64,000 bases of DNA from Octopus vulgaris. Lineage: Eukaryota. Each line of letters opens with the position of its first letter. The stretch's first letter is position 1. The position numbers and the translations under genes are program-made. The stretch covers positions 140,368,001-140,432,000 of the forward strand of contig OX597817.1 of assembly GCA_951406725.2 (NCBI GenBank), given 5' to 3'. Under the pieces are notes generated by a model. It worked only from the letters and a program-made list of their open reading frames with translations. It was not told where the DNA came from and made no database searches. Shown piece after piece: positions 1 through 13,210 of the stretch.

Positions 1-232
1 ATGTATGTATGTATGTATGTATGTATAATTATGCATGTATGTATGTAATAATAAAACAAACGAAGGAGATAACGAATGCCAATATAGACATAAAATTAGT
101 TCTCAAATCTCTTCCTACAAATCTCAACACTACAAAAAGAAATTGATAGAATAAAACAAAAGTTCGTCGATAATGGTTAAATCACACAAGTCAACAAAAT
201 AACACAACAGAGGTTCATCACAATAAACTCAC

Positions 233-302
233 CGATGCATCGTAATCCGATTAAAAGCAATAAAAATCCACAAATAACACATAAGCCAATTGCATTCCGG
301 CT
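233..302 (-). CDS. Candidate 70-nt internal exon encoding a hydrophobic signal-peptide/TM-like segment (SRNAIGLCVICGFLLLLIGLRCI)
   Basis: Minus strand: pyrimidine tract plus acceptor TTCATCTCTTCCAG|, 23 open codons + 1 nt, strong donor |GTGAGT (phase 0 to phase 1). No homology support. Confidence 0.3.
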
Positions 303-744
303 CTGGAAGAGATGAACACACACACACAAACACACACACACGTGTGTATGTGCGTATAATTATATTTATATGTATATATAATCTCATTCAATATGCCACA
401 ACATGTGTTACATAATAATCCTAATAGTTAAAATTAAAAGATTTTCCGCCTCAACAACAAACCAAAAAAAAAAAAGACAGTGAGATGCTGAATGAAGTTG
501 AGTTGAAATAAGGCAATTAGATATTCAGGTGGAAACATGGTGGCTCTAATTTCATGAGTGGAAACAATGAGGTTGCTGCACATGGCAACTGACGATGCAT
601 CGGCGTTAAGTCGTCATTGCACCCAGTTGCATGGCACACGACACAACGAAGCATTAGACATTATTAACTCAACGATCTTGTTAGAGAAAATAACCTCATT
701 CAATCGATGGCAGCAAATTCTTAAAAGGACAAATGTTGAATCGT

Positions 745-1310
745 GTGGAAGTCCGGAAGTTTTCTTCCCGAGCACATGGTTTCAGGTTCAGTCCCACAGC
801 GTAACACCTTGGGCAAGTGTTTTCCACTATAGCCCTTGGTCGTCCAAAGCCTTCTAAGTGAATTTAATAGACGGAAACTAAAAGAAGCCCGTTACATGTC
901 TCTGTGTGTGTGTGTGTGTGTGCGTGCGTGTCGGTGCGCGTTTTGTGGTCTCCCCTCCCCACTCCGATGTTGTTTGCTTATGGACCCGTAACTTAACGGT
1001 TCAGCAAAAGGGATGGGCGATTCTTCGGTATAGGTACCGTAAGTGGCTTTGTTTACATTTCTGAAGATAACAGAAACCCTTTTCTCTCACCACTAACCCT
1101 AACCCTAACCCTAACCCTAAAAAAAAAAAAAAAACTTTCTTGAAATGTATCTGGTACTTCCGGTACCTATACCGAAGTTACGCCAAGAGATGGTAGAATA
1201 TATACAAGGGTTTAAAAAAGTAAGTTCTGATACTGATTTTCTCGACTATATCCCTTCAAGGCAGTGCCCCAGCTTGGCCTCTGTCCAATGACTGAAAGAA
1301 GTAAAAGATA
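745..1310 (+). mobile_element. tRNA-derived SINE family B, degenerate, interrupted by a MITE
   Basis: Matches 8378-8822 copy (ggttcagtcccac, ccttgggcaagtg, internal (TG)n, gtgccccagc..tggcc..aatgactgaa..gtaaaaga tail). Confidence 0.8.
1016..1184. mobile_element. MITE with 29-bp TIRs, 8-bp TSD and internal (TAACCC)4 plus poly(A); Merlin-like by GG termini and 8-bp TSD
   Basis: TIR GGCGATTCTTCGGTATAGGTACCGTAAGT (1016-1044) vs reverse complement of 1156-1184, 25/29 identical; flanks AAGGGATG (1008-1015) and AAGAGATG (1185-1192). Confidence 0.75.
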
Positions 1311-2017
1311 AACGGCGTCTGAAGATAAGAAGCGATCGTAACAGAAGGTAGACATCTTCGACCGATAGGTCTACTCGTCAGGGACTGACCTATGGCAGCA
1401 CAACACAATACAAGATTAGTCACCGAAGCTATTATTAATAGCGAAATATATATATAAAGAAAAAAAAAAACAAGAATCGATAGACAATGCAATCTTGATA
1501 GCAAAGCGACACCAGACACCACGGCCAAACTATTTCCTGATTGATGAAAGAAATCTGACACGGGCGGTCAGAGAATATTCTAAAAGTCTGGTGACAATCG
1601 ATAAAAAAAAAACAAGACACATCGCTACATATTCACTCTTTCTCTCTCTTTCTTTCTCTCAACAGCAGACAGTAGGTACAAATGCTGCTACTAATGAGCC
1701 GACTTCAACGAGAGAAAAATAGCAAAATGATCTTGAAATGGTGTTGGAAAAATTATTGTTCCAGAACATATTTCAAAAAGAAAACAACGTAAATTGGGTA
1801 TTAGTCAATAAAACAGGTTACAAAAAAAAAACAAAAACAACAACAACAGAAAACCTGCCCCACTCCCATCCTGAAGTATACACATATGCGAATATATTAC
1901 ACACACATACACACGCACAACATATACGCACACGCACGTATTTTCTGTTCGCTTGTTTTTATATATATTTGAAATAATCCTCTGTGTACGTGTGTGTGTG
2001 TGTGCGTATAGGTATGC

Positions 2018-2048
<31 letters not shown>

Positions 2049-2099
2049 TATTCATTATAATTGACCGCTTTCATGTTGTGGACAATAAAACAAAAATTC

Positions 2100-2310
2100 G
2101 TCGAGCAGGTTCAGCCGGGTGGTTTAGAGAGTGACTTCGTAATGGTTTTGCTGTTCCAGTTTCTCGTATTTGATTGGACTGTAAACATTGGATGTCTGCC
2201 ACTGTAGCCCTCAGAATGACCAATGCCTAGAGAGCGGAATTTGGTAAATAGAAACTGCACCAGCGCGCGCATGCGCCGTCGTCCATATGACGTACGCCTG
2301 CAGCGCATTA
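2100..2310. promoter_or_regulatory. Candidate CpG-rich promoter (NRF1-type GCGCATGCGC, CRE-like TGACGT, CCAAT boxes)
   Basis: Local CpG cluster agcgcgcgcatgcgccgtcgtccatatgacgtacg in an AT-rich background; ATTGG/CCAAT at ~2173, ~2187 and ~2220. Confidence 0.3.
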
Positions 2311-2499
2311 ATGATACTACAAAAAAAAAAGAGTCTTTCCAATTTTATTGCCTTCACAGTGTTTACCGTTTTACAAAATCAAACTAGAAAACTGGAGAAA
2401 ACAGAAAAGACAATTGAAAAAATTTAAAAAGAAAAAGAGAAAAAGAAACAACAAAACAATTGGGTTGAAAAGTTGGGGTCGCTGAGAAATCTCTCTAAT

Positions 2500-2760
2500 A
2501 GCTTTTGAGACACGTCAGCAGGTTTGCAGCGTTGCCGCGGGTTATGGCGAGGCTGATGTGCTTGAACAGCCAAGCGCCCTCACGAGCATCTCCAGTTACC
2601 TCTGCAAGGCGAGTTGCTAGTGAAGACAGGAATCTCGCCTCTTACAAACGTCTCGAACGCCACAGGATGGAAAATGAAGTTGGCCGACAGATCGCGGTAT
2701 TTCAGGATTTTATTCCGCTCAGCCGCAGAAGCTGTGGATTTCGCCCTGACCGATTAAGCG
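2500..2760 (-). mobile_element. CRE-like non-LTR retrotransposon 3' fragment (restriction-like endonuclease C-terminus), frameshifted
   Basis: Manual minus-strand translation: ASAAERNKILKYRDLSANFIFHPVAFETF /fs/ EARFLSSLATRLAEVTGDAREGAWLFKHISLAITRGNAANLLTC. Confidence 0.7.
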
Positions 2761-2789
2761 CGAGTTCTCCAGCTGCCTTGCTACCCTTG

Positions 2790-3045
2790 TCCAACCAGCT
2801 CTTCATATTGTCCGTTGTTTACCTGCCTCCGTGCTCTTATATCCTCTTCTCTTCCTTCCGGACCTCTGCTTCTTCGGATATGGCCATAAGAGATCAGCTT
2901 TTAGTTGATTGCAACGTTCAACAGTTGTCATCTTTCAGCTTTTTGTTGTAACAGCCACTCGTTTGTCCGATGGTCCCTGCAAAATACTCGTTGCGTTCTT
3001 CTATACATCCACATTTCAAATGCATTGATTTGATTCAACTTCAAA
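2790..3045 (-). mobile_element. RTE-clade LINE ORF C-terminal fragment, degenerate
   Basis: Manual translation KLNQINAFEMWMYRRTQRVFCRDHRTNEWLL...KLISYGHIRR with stops; matches the RTE post-RT AFEMWxYRR...TNE...GHI motif. Confidence 0.7.
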
Positions 3046-3299
3046 TTTGTTCAGAGTCCATGCTTCACAACCAGAAATGTTTTTCAAATTTTCATGTATA
3101 TTTACCGCACACAATATTTTCTATCAGACACCTATTATTTCTTTTTCAGATTTTCACAATTTTAAGCACCTCACTCCTTCTTTATTTCCCTCGAGTCCGT
3201 CACCTTCTGAGACATTTTTACTAACCCTGACAATGACTCTCCTATAATTTTACCTCAAATTTTTGCTTTCTCTCTCATACACACACTCTCACACACACA

Positions 3300-3370
<71 letters not shown>

Positions 3371-4654
3371 GCACGCACGCACGCACGTACACACACACAC
3401 TTGCAAACATAAATGTATACTGATCTAGTCAATGCATAGACGTATACATCGCCACCCAAATTTCATGTTTGAACGATAAGATCGACAAACGTCAGACACT
3501 ATATGACCAACGTCTCTCACGGAGAGACAATTGGAAGTCAATGAAGTCAACGGACGTACACAGAAGTTCTGGTCACGCGCAATGTGTGTGGTGTATTGGA
3601 ATAATAAGGTTTAAAAACGGGTTTTAAAGGGCACAGTCCTTTGTAAAACCTAGGAGAAATGGGATGCTTTACTTCGTATTTATATGCTTGATGATAAGTG
3701 CGAGGTAAATATTATTAAAGGGTTAGTAAAGAGGTCTAGGAAGGTGACAGGCTTTATCCTTACTCCAGGAATATAAGGAAGGGACGAGGTATTAAAATAG
3801 TAAAAATCTTAGAAGAAATAATACTTGCCTGTTAGTAAGAAAATATTGTGTGCGAGATTGCGGTAAATATAGACAAAAACTTGAAACACAACAGATAAGA
3901 TTATTAGATCAACAATTATAATTAAAGTGTGTAATATTTCAATGTTAGCCAGTTTAAGCTGATGGTGCTTTACATTTCCAAACTTTCAGCGGTAAATACT
4001 TTTCGAAATGACGGCATTTTGTGAAAACAGTTTTATCTTATATTTAAGAAATTGATGGGGTTACTGATTTTATTCAAAAGTCTTTTTCACAGCTGTACAT
4101 AAACTACATCTTGTTGTCCCACTGGTTTACAGGTTGCAACATTCTAGAATTTTTGTACTGAATGTCAAAATCAATATCCTTTAAATACTACATATATTTT
4201 GAGAATGCTGTACGCTTCTTTCCTCGATGTCTGAAGGATAATGCACAGTTGAAGTGGCAATGTTTAAACCAGAATACCTATTCCACAGCAAAAACACTCT
4301 CCAAACGAAGAAAATAACATAAAATAACATTGCACCTCATTCCACTCAATCCTTCTCAACATACAGCAATAACCCTTGTGATTACTTGAAATGCTTGGCT
4401 TCAGCATCGCTGACGACTCTGCTAAACAAATATTTTTAACATAACAAGGACTGCATTTCAAAGTGTGACCTTTATTGTCAAAGGTAAGAAAATTCTTCAG
4501 ATCACAAGTACAAACCTTTTACAAAAGTCAGGCGAGCCCAGAAACAGAGTACCTCTCCCACGTCTGCACTAGTACTGCTGCAACACACTCAGTTGTCCTA
4601 GATGAAATCCCGAAAAAAGACATTTGTAGAAGGATCGCAAACCTGCCATAAAAC

Positions 4655-4842
4655 AGAAATCTTCGACAAGACGGCTTTTTATTACAATAATGCTTTAGCA
4701 GATTGCAGACTCAAAGGTAAAATTTCGTACAGCCCTAACCCCTTCCCGCCAAATAATGACCGCAACAATTACAGAAAGTTATTCAATAGAAACAACCTAA
4801 AAATGACTTACTGCTGTACTCTCAACATGAAAAACATAGCAT
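4655..4842 (+). mobile_element. Penelope-like element RT-thumb/linker relic
   Basis: EIFDKTAFYYNNAL...ISY and FPPNN...KLFNRNNLKMTYCCTLNMKNI resemble the PLE FNRNxxKxSYSCxxNxxxI linker. Confidence 0.55.
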
Positions 4843-5683
4843 TCGAATCCACAAAATTTACTGAGCTAATTGCACATGCAGAAACACTGCCTGCTCCTTT
4901 AACCGGTCATGCAATAAAGAAGTGATGATATATGAAGCAGATGTTACCTCCACTTGACTGATAAAGGATGTTAATGTCTGTGCATCTATACTTGTAACAA
5001 GGTCTATTGATGGAATATTCTAGTGAAAACTTTAATTAAATTCAGATTTTAGAGATAAATAGAAATAATTACGTGATGTTATAATGATCAGTTTTCCAGT
5101 AAATATGATTACGAAATCAAGGTTTAGTGAGAAAGAGAATATCTACGGGTAGCAGAAACACGACCTGCAGCTAATATGTTCTGATTTAAGCTCATGATTC
5201 CAATTCTCGCTGAATTTGATTTTGTGAAAATACTGGAAAGTTCTTAACGAGAGACGGTAATGGCTCGTTTGGTGCCTCCAAATTTAATCAGTTAGTGGTG
5301 AACCAGCCCGACTTTGAGACACTTCGTAGGAATGTCTGTATTTATGGTTGTTTAAGCACTAGAATCCTATTTATTACAGAGGAATCAACTCTTGTTCTCA
5401 TTCATTATAAAATTAGTTCCATAAAGATATTAGATACATTTCCCTGCACGCATATTTGAACTCTTCTAAACACTTGGGGTTAATTTACATGACCGTTTGA
5501 TAAGCTAAAACTAGAAGCGAAATATCCCTATAATCACACCGTCTCAATAGTGGAAGGACGCGTTGAATAATGTGACCATTGACACAGTATCTAAGTATAA
5601 GAGGAAGACACACTTTGTTTATTGGTTGTTCATTTAGAGATCAAATGGGAGCTAGACAACATCAACGCTAACAGCAGCAACAA

Positions 5684-6050
5684 TGGAGGCGCAATGGCTC
5701 AATGGTTAGGGCAGCGGACTCGCGGTCGGAGGATCATGGTTTCGATTACCAGACCGGGCGTTGTGTGTGTTTATTGAGCGAAAACACCTAAAGCTCCACG
5801 AGGTACGGTAGGAGGTGGTGGCGACTCCTGTTGTACTCTTTCGCCCCAACTTTCTCTCACTCTTTCTTCCTGTTTCTTGTCCCCGACTTCCTACGCAACC
5901 GCTGAGCCTGGATGCGCATTCACCCATCCGTCGATGCTCTCGGTGTCGGGGCTTGACTTGCTTTCTCTTCTGCGGGTCTTACGAATAGCAAAGGACCACG
6001 TTTCGGACATCTCCTATCTTGCGAGCTCTGGGACGAAGACCGTTCGCTCA
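5684..6050 (+). mobile_element. tRNA-derived SINE family C (tail type 1, ends in (CAA/CAG)n)
   Basis: A-box TGGCTCAATGG and B-box GGTTTCGATTACC; first ~180 nt shared with 26639 and 57286. Confidence 0.85.
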
Positions 6051-6420
6051 ACAGCAACAGCAGCAACAGCGACAACAACAGCAACAACAACAACCATTGT
6101 TCTGAGTTGTGGTCAAATCTATATACATTATTATTGTTGTTGATGTTGATGACGTGAAGTTAACACACACCCAACATAGAGTATCTTGATTCGCAACCAA
6201 TAACGATGTTTTGTCTTATCTCAAAATTAATTTACAGCTTCATTTATTTGCTAAACATTTGATGTTTGTTTATTCATCTAGTGACGTCATGTCTTATATC
6301 GATGACCTAGACACCTCTGACTTCCCCAATCAGAGTCAAAATCGATTAAGATCATTCATGAACTTTTCAATCGTCGGAGAAATACGTCAAGTTGATATAT
6401 TTGTATGTATACTAACGAGG

Positions 6421-6513
<93 letters not shown>

Positions 6514-6515
<2 letters not shown>

Positions 6516-6706
6516 TGGCACTCTGTCGATTACGACGAAGGGTTCCAGGTTCCATTTAATCCGATCAACGGAACAGCCTTCCCATGAAATTAATGTGCAA
6601 GTGGCTGAGCACTCCACAAACACGTGTATTCTTAATGTAGTTCTTGGAGAGATTCAGCGTGACACAGAGTGTGACCAGGCTGGCCCTTTCAAATACAGAT
6701 ACAACA
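6514..6706 (-). mobile_element. SINE family C 3' fragment (tail type 2)
   Basis: Reverse complement matches ~26840-27017. Confidence 0.8.
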
Positions 6707-7378
6707 GAAACATTTTCCTCTGAAATTAACAATTTTTTAAAAAATCGGAAATGTTTCTCTCACAGGTTTGAGTGCATAGTGACAAAACAAAAAAAAAAGG
6801 GCCCAAATCGTTTCGGACTGGGGTAGTGAGTTGTGGTGGGAGTGAAAAAAATATAAATTTTTAAAACTTTTTTCTTTCTTTTTATGAAAAGATGCTTCCC
6901 ATCATTCTGAAGATTTTGGTGAAAAAACATAGGAAAAAATCCCCGTCTAAACAGAGAAATTCCAACGTATGTGAGCCGGCTGATCCGAAATTCTGATTTC
7001 CAGAACCTCCGCGCCTCCTTCCAAATATTTTGCCAACAAATTTCTTTGTAATTGTTTGAAAGGTAGTTGTATAAAATTTCATTAAAAAATACCTATTTTC
7101 CAGGAAGCTGGGGGGGGGGGATGTCAGGTCCTATGAAACTCATCTCCAGAACCCATCGGAAAGCTTTTTCCAAAATATCTTTACATACACCCAATCTACA
7201 GCATATAAGGGATCGTTTGATGACAGTTTCGTTAAAAAGTATCCATTTTTCTGGAAGTTATGAGGCAACAAAATCGGTGGTGCATTAAACTGTAGTTATG
7301 CCTTTTTCGATAAAAATTAACGTTAACGGATTAACATTAACTTCCGTTACATTTCCAACGAATTAACAGATTAACGAC

Positions 7379-7418
7379 TAATATCATTTGAGAGGTTTCA
7401 ACCTCTCAAATGATATTA
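7379..7418. repeat. Perfect 19-bp palindrome with 2-nt spacer
   Basis: TAATATCATTTGAGAGGTT-TC-AACCTCTCAAATGATATTA. Confidence 0.9.
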
Positions 7419-7758
7419 ATCTTAAAGAAATTTTTTTCGAGTAGTGATTTTTATTCCCATGGTACTTAGCGCAGGACAGAAGGTGCAACCATTTGCTCGG
7501 GTTAAAGAAGGAGTAAACATGCAGATCAGTAATCTTCCTTTATTAATTCTGGTAAATAGTTTCATTTACTAGTTTTACTCAATAAATTCATAACATATAA
7601 TAGAGTTTTTTTTTTAGTTTTTAAATATTATCAACTTACGTTTCTCAAAATAATGGTAATATATAGTAATATTGATAGGGGTAAATTTTGCAATAAATTA
7701 TTAATTTCCGTAAAGTTTATATGGACAGGCGATTTAATTGGACGTAGTTATATTATAG

Positions 7759-7817
<59 letters not shown>

Positions 7818-8082
7818 GTATGAGGAGAGAGAGAGAGAAAGAGAGAGATAGTGAGACAGGGAGACAGAGACAGAGAGAGATATACTTTACACCTTAACAG
7901 ACTTGTGCTCACAAGCCATGTTTTCGCAGTCGTCTTGGCAAGATATTCGGAAGATATTTGGACAGAAATGCCAGTCGATACTCGAAATAGCATCGCCAAA
8001 CAAAATAGAGAAAATATTGCAAAGACTTTTTTGGTGGGGCTCCAGCATTGTCATAATTTAAATAATGTAACCCTACAGAATG

Positions 8083-8140
<58 letters not shown>

Positions 8141-8377
8141 TGTGTGTGTGGATGTGAATGCATGTGTCGATACTGGTGAAATGGGTGTGCATGGGTCCTT
8201 AAATCCTTAAAAATGTTTTAGCCCGAAGGCCGCGGCCATGCTGGGGCACCATGTTTGCGGTGGGTGGGAGAGTGGGGATATATCTTTCTATTCTTTTAAT
8301 TATGCCACTAAAGAAATAATCGGTCTTTTACTGTGAAAAGGTCTTGACGTCAAATGTGTTTCAAACTTTGCAGAAAT

Positions 8378-8542
8378 GGCGCAGGAGTGGCTGTGTGGTA
8401 AGTAGCTTGCTAACCAACCACATGGTTCCGGGTTCAGTCCCACTGCGTGGCATCTTGGGCAAGTGTCCTCTGCTATAGCCCCGGGCCGACCAATGCCTTG
8501 TGAGTGGATTTGTTAGACGGAAACTGAAAGAAACCTGTCGTA

Positions 8543-8598
<56 letters not shown>

Positions 8599-8822
8599 GT
8601 GTGTGTGTGTGTGTGTGTTTGTCCCCCTAGCATTGCTTGACAACCAATGCTGGTGTGTTTACGTCCCCGTCACTTAGCGGTTCGGCAAAAGAGACCGATA
8701 GAATGAGTACTGGGCTTACAAAGAATAAGTCCCGGGGTCGATTTGCTCGACTAAAGGCGGTGCTCCAGCATGGCCGCAGTCAAATGACTGAAACAAGTAA
8801 AAGAGTAAAAGAGTAAAGAGTA
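8378..8822 (+). mobile_element. tRNA-derived SINE family B, full length, with internal (TA)n(TG)n
   Basis: GGCGCAGGAGTGGCTGTGTGGTAAG A-box region, GGTTCAGTCCC B-box, CTTGGGCAAGTG core, (GTAAAAGA)n tail; several other copies in window. Confidence 0.9.
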
Positions 8823-9138
8823 ATACTTTTATATATTTCAGCAAAGCCCAAACGTTTTAAATATTTTGTATACACACACACACACACGCGCGCACGCACA
8901 CACACACACGCACGCACACACACGCACAAACTCGCACACGAAGATACATTCAAACATACATATAAATACAGATACAGTTACACACACACGTTTGAAATCA
9001 TTAGCGTATTTGAATACGCAGACAGATTTTTAAGAAGTGGACTTGACGTAGTTGAGGCAGGTAAAATGTCAGTTTATGCGATTAAGGAAAATTATATCTA
9101 TAGCAGTGATGAATAGAAATTGGCACATACATACTATA

Positions 9139-9186
<48 letters not shown>

Positions 9187-9232
9187 ATACATATAGACAT
9201 GTAGAAATAAATGATATATATATATATACATT

Positions 9233-9403
9233 ATTTTGTTCTTTTCATTGTTTCAGTGATTTGACTGCGGCCATGCTGTAACACCGCCTTTAGTCGAACT
9301 CCAGGACTTAGTCGTTGTAAGCCTGGTACTTCTTATATCCGGTTCTTTTGACAAACCGCTAAGTTACGGGGGCGTAAACACACCAGCATCTGTTGTCAAG
9401 TGA
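9233..9403 (-). mobile_element. SINE family B 3' half
   Basis: Reverse complement matches 8635-8800. Confidence 0.8.
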
Positions 9404-9406
9404 CAC

Positions 9407-9453
<47 letters not shown>

Positions 9454-10859
9454 TATATATATATATACATACATATGTGTACATACCAATACATGTATAC
9501 ATATACAAATATGTGTGTCTATGTATATTATATAATTATACACACACGTGCAGTGGACGTATGTGTGTATATTTATACATACATACAGGCATACATACGT
9601 ACATACATACATACATACATACATACATACATACATACATACATACATACATACATACATACATACATGCACACACACACACAAACATACACACACATAT
9701 ACATATACAGAGATGTATTAACATGCCGAAATGTGTATATATGTGATATGTAGGTGTATGAGTATGCAAATATATGCAGATGAATATTATTTTTAGAGTT
9801 AACTATTGTTCTTTTACTTGAAGCTTGGTGCCAGAAGGCTGTCATCTGATAACATATTAACGTAGAAGGTTTTGCAAACTTGATATACCATCTGACAAGC
9901 ACCTCTTCAGCGCTAAACTTGAAGTAATGGAGTAGTAATCATCTTTTACAACAAATGATACACACACACACACACACACACACATGCACACACACACGCA
10001 TGATTGAGAATATATATAAATATATATACAGTCTATGTATTGAATGCGGTTTACATTGGTCGTATCACTACTCTTCAGCGCACTTATATACATACAAGCC
10101 TATACTTTGGTTTTATATCGAATACATGATAATGGACTCAATACTATATTGGAGTGTTATAGATTTACCAAATAGGTTTCGAGAATAATATAGTGTTTCC
10201 TTTGTGCCATCTTTGAAAGAGTTTATATAGCGGTAAAATGGCGTTTTAAAATTGGTTTTCTTTTAAACTGATATGAAGCACAGGACAAGGTTTTTTTAAG
10301 TGCAGCGGTTTGATCCCCATTGATGATGAAAGGGACATGACTCTGTATTTCGCCATTTGACAATTACAGTTATTTAATCATTATTTTGTTTTGCTTTGTA
10401 GGTTTCTATGGTTATACAATGAAATAAGTTTTCTTATGGAAGGTACTTAGAATGGCTGTCTTTTATAACGCTTCTATGGAATAATTTATAAAATGTCTCC
10501 ACTTGGTGGGATTGTTTTTTGTTTAAAGGTACGAATTGTTTGGTTACGCTGGTTATAGAATTTTGGTTGCACGGTGGATTAAACCAGAACATATTCCTAC
10601 CTTTTATGCAAATATTTTATTATTTGTAGTTGGTGAGGGATATGCTATGGTGTGTTTAATGTTGCCATGCGTAAGTGCTTCATTGTTCTTGTTTTCAGCC
10701 AATAAGTTACTTCATTATAATAGAAACTTATTAAAAGGTTACACATATTTATGTCTTCATTCAATAAAATTTAGTAGATTGTCGGAATATGAAAGTACAT
10801 TTTGAGATTGATAGCTAAATTTTACGTAAGATCGGGAGAAACCGTAGCTTAGGTTGAAC

Positions 10860-11100
10860 ACTGTATCTTACTGATAACAAGTTTCTTTTGGTTAATCGAG
10901 AAGCAATTCAAGTTGACTACACCTCTTTCCTGAGCATGTCAACTTTTCATCGTTTCTTCTTTTGGAAGACATTTGATCATCGTCCAAGATTCCTAGGCTC
11001 ATTATACTGTCCATCTGAACTAGATTGTCCAGGGGTAATAGGTTTACGATTTTCTGTACCTTAGCTTCCTCGTAAAACTGATGTTTTATACGAAAAACAA
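10860..11100 (-). mobile_element. Possible Gypsy gag-like relic
   Basis: FYEEAKVQKIVNLLPLDNLVQMDSIMSLGILDDD...KRCSQLELLL weakly resembles Gypsy gag N-terminal domains. Confidence 0.25.
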
Positions 11101-11781
11101 AAATGCTGTCTAAACAAAAATGCTGTTTTAACACACACGCGTGCCCCCCCACACACACACACTGAAGTGTGTGTGAGGTTTGTATTGTATATGGTTTATA
11201 CAAGGCTGCTCAAAGTAAACAGCACCTGTCTTGGAGAACATTTCTTTTATTTTTCGTTTTTGCTACAGTAAATGAATTAATTAAAAGCCGAGAAAAGAAT
11301 AAAGTTTTGCAACTAACTTAAATTTAAAAGACTGTTTATTTTCCACTTGGTGAAAATTTAATTTTTTAATTAATAAATTTGAACGCGATCAGTCTGAAAG
11401 ATTAGCGGATAAGAAACGAAATTCAAACAAAACTTGGAGACTTTTTACAGCTGTTATACTAATTAGCAGTTATAATGACAAACCATTGACCATTCCATGA
11501 TTAAAGACTGTTAAGCGATTGACAAAATTTGATTATTGAATTTAAAATGTGTTGTACTCTCAACGTACTTTGTGTGCGGTTCCTTTATTTAATTGAAATT
11601 TATTCAAAGAAAACTGAATCGAAGATATAATTATACGTTTGGTGTTCTTCATGCAACCGCATCTTTTGTTAATTTTAAGACAAAGTTATGTACGTATTGA
11701 TTCCTTATATAGACACTGTACTATTTGGGGAAAGATATAGTCAATTAGATCGAACTCAATATACAATTGATGTGTAATTTT

Positions 11782-11817
<36 letters not shown>

Positions 11818-11944
11818 TTAAAGGCAAAAGTGATGTTGGTAATATTTGAACTTACAATGTACAAGACGTACTAAATGAAAGAAAAAAATGCAGTCATCCG
11901 TCACTCAATAACGATTTTGGCTTTGTAGCAGGATGTATCATCCT

Positions 11945-12180
11945 CTATTAAGTGTTCTAGGTGCTTGTGTAGACGCGAGGGAACGTTTTGGTCTCCCTAA
12001 CCCCTGAGGCAGTCGAACATTGAGGATGTGACAGCCAGAGGAAAAGAGAGCCGTACCGGCACTAGGATCGTTCTTGATGACGGCCACATAGACTGCAGCA
12101 ACGTGAAATGAAGTTCTTTGCTTAAGAACACCCACAACTTTAGTCTTAAGCCGAACTCCAAACTATCAGACCGCCCGCCT
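11945..12180 (-). mobile_element. Degenerate SINE
   Basis: Minus strand GTGTTCTTAAGCAAAGAACTTCATTTCACGTTGCTGCAGTC resembles a conserved SINE central domain. Confidence 0.45.
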
Positions 12181-12719
12181 TCATGTATATAGACATGTAT
12201 GTATGTATGTATGTATGTATGTATGTATGTATGTATAAGATAGGTAGACAAACAGATAAATAGATAGACAGACAGACTGATAGATAGATACGTAGATAGA
12301 TAGACGTGGTTGCGAAGCGATCTTTTAACGCACATAATTAGGTTTGCAGTTTTTTATTATTATATATTTCTTTTTTAAAAGCTGAGGGAAAATTGCGGCA
12401 AGCATAACCTCTGATTTCTCCCAGGTCGATGCCATATTATTAGAAAACTTACCAAATAAATACACGTGTGTTATTTTCTGATTATATGTGGAATGTTTAG
12501 CTGTCAGAAGCCTTTTTCGACCAGTTCAAGAGATTTAAAGGTTGCATGAGATCTCATCATAATCTTAGAAAATCTTAGCAACACATTTCTATCACAAACG
12601 GCTACGTCGTTGATCAATCAGTAAAAATATCCTTTCCAACATATATTTACGATTTTATTTATATTTTTTATGTATTTGTTTATTCATTCATGCAGTTTAA
12701 TGATGGACTAACGCCGTAC

Positions 12720-13210
12720 AGCACTAGAAGCTGTCTGGATTCATCTTCAACTTCTGTTATTTTATTTATGTATGACTGGAGTTTCTTGATGTCAGTGTTG
12801 ATGTAGTAATTACCAGCAGTTGTCAGCCGCTACCTTATTTTCCTGACAATGGAACGGATTTCCTCAAGTGATCAATCACTTCTTCTTAATGTTGCTACAA
12901 ATATTGGCACTAAAAATATATTGGAGAATATTGATTGGTTGCGAGGGAAATTCCTGATTGTCGCATCTTCCTTCGTCTATTATAGCATTTCTTTTGGATT
13001 TATTCAAAACAACAACGCAGGCTGTATTTTTATCTTTCTTATCATATCTATGGTTTTAATTCTCCAAACCAGGAGTTGTGTACAAACAGGAATTAATGCT
13101 AGGTTTTCGGTCTTTTTATAGATTTTCTCTGAATTTACCGAAGTCAAAATTTATATTGATCAACATATTACTTTCTTCCATTTTTTGTCAAGGTTCCAAA
13201 GTTTCCTTAA
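12720..13210 (-). mobile_element. Degenerate R4/Dong-like LINE fragment
   Basis: Minus strand SLEEIRSIVRKIR..LTTAGNYYINTDIKKL parallels the post-RT motif seen at 29990-30080 and 51170-51250. Confidence 0.35.

Noticed and set aside
1093-1120. Telomere or chromosome end
   Set aside because: Only four units, enclosed by MITE TIRs.
2505-2951. 148-aa plus-strand ORF
   Set aside because: Antisense shadow of CRE/RTE retrotransposon fragments.
5684-5760. tRNA-like sequences at SINE heads (also 26639, 57286, 8378)
   Set aside because: They continue into SINE bodies, some with TSDs; not standalone tRNA genes.
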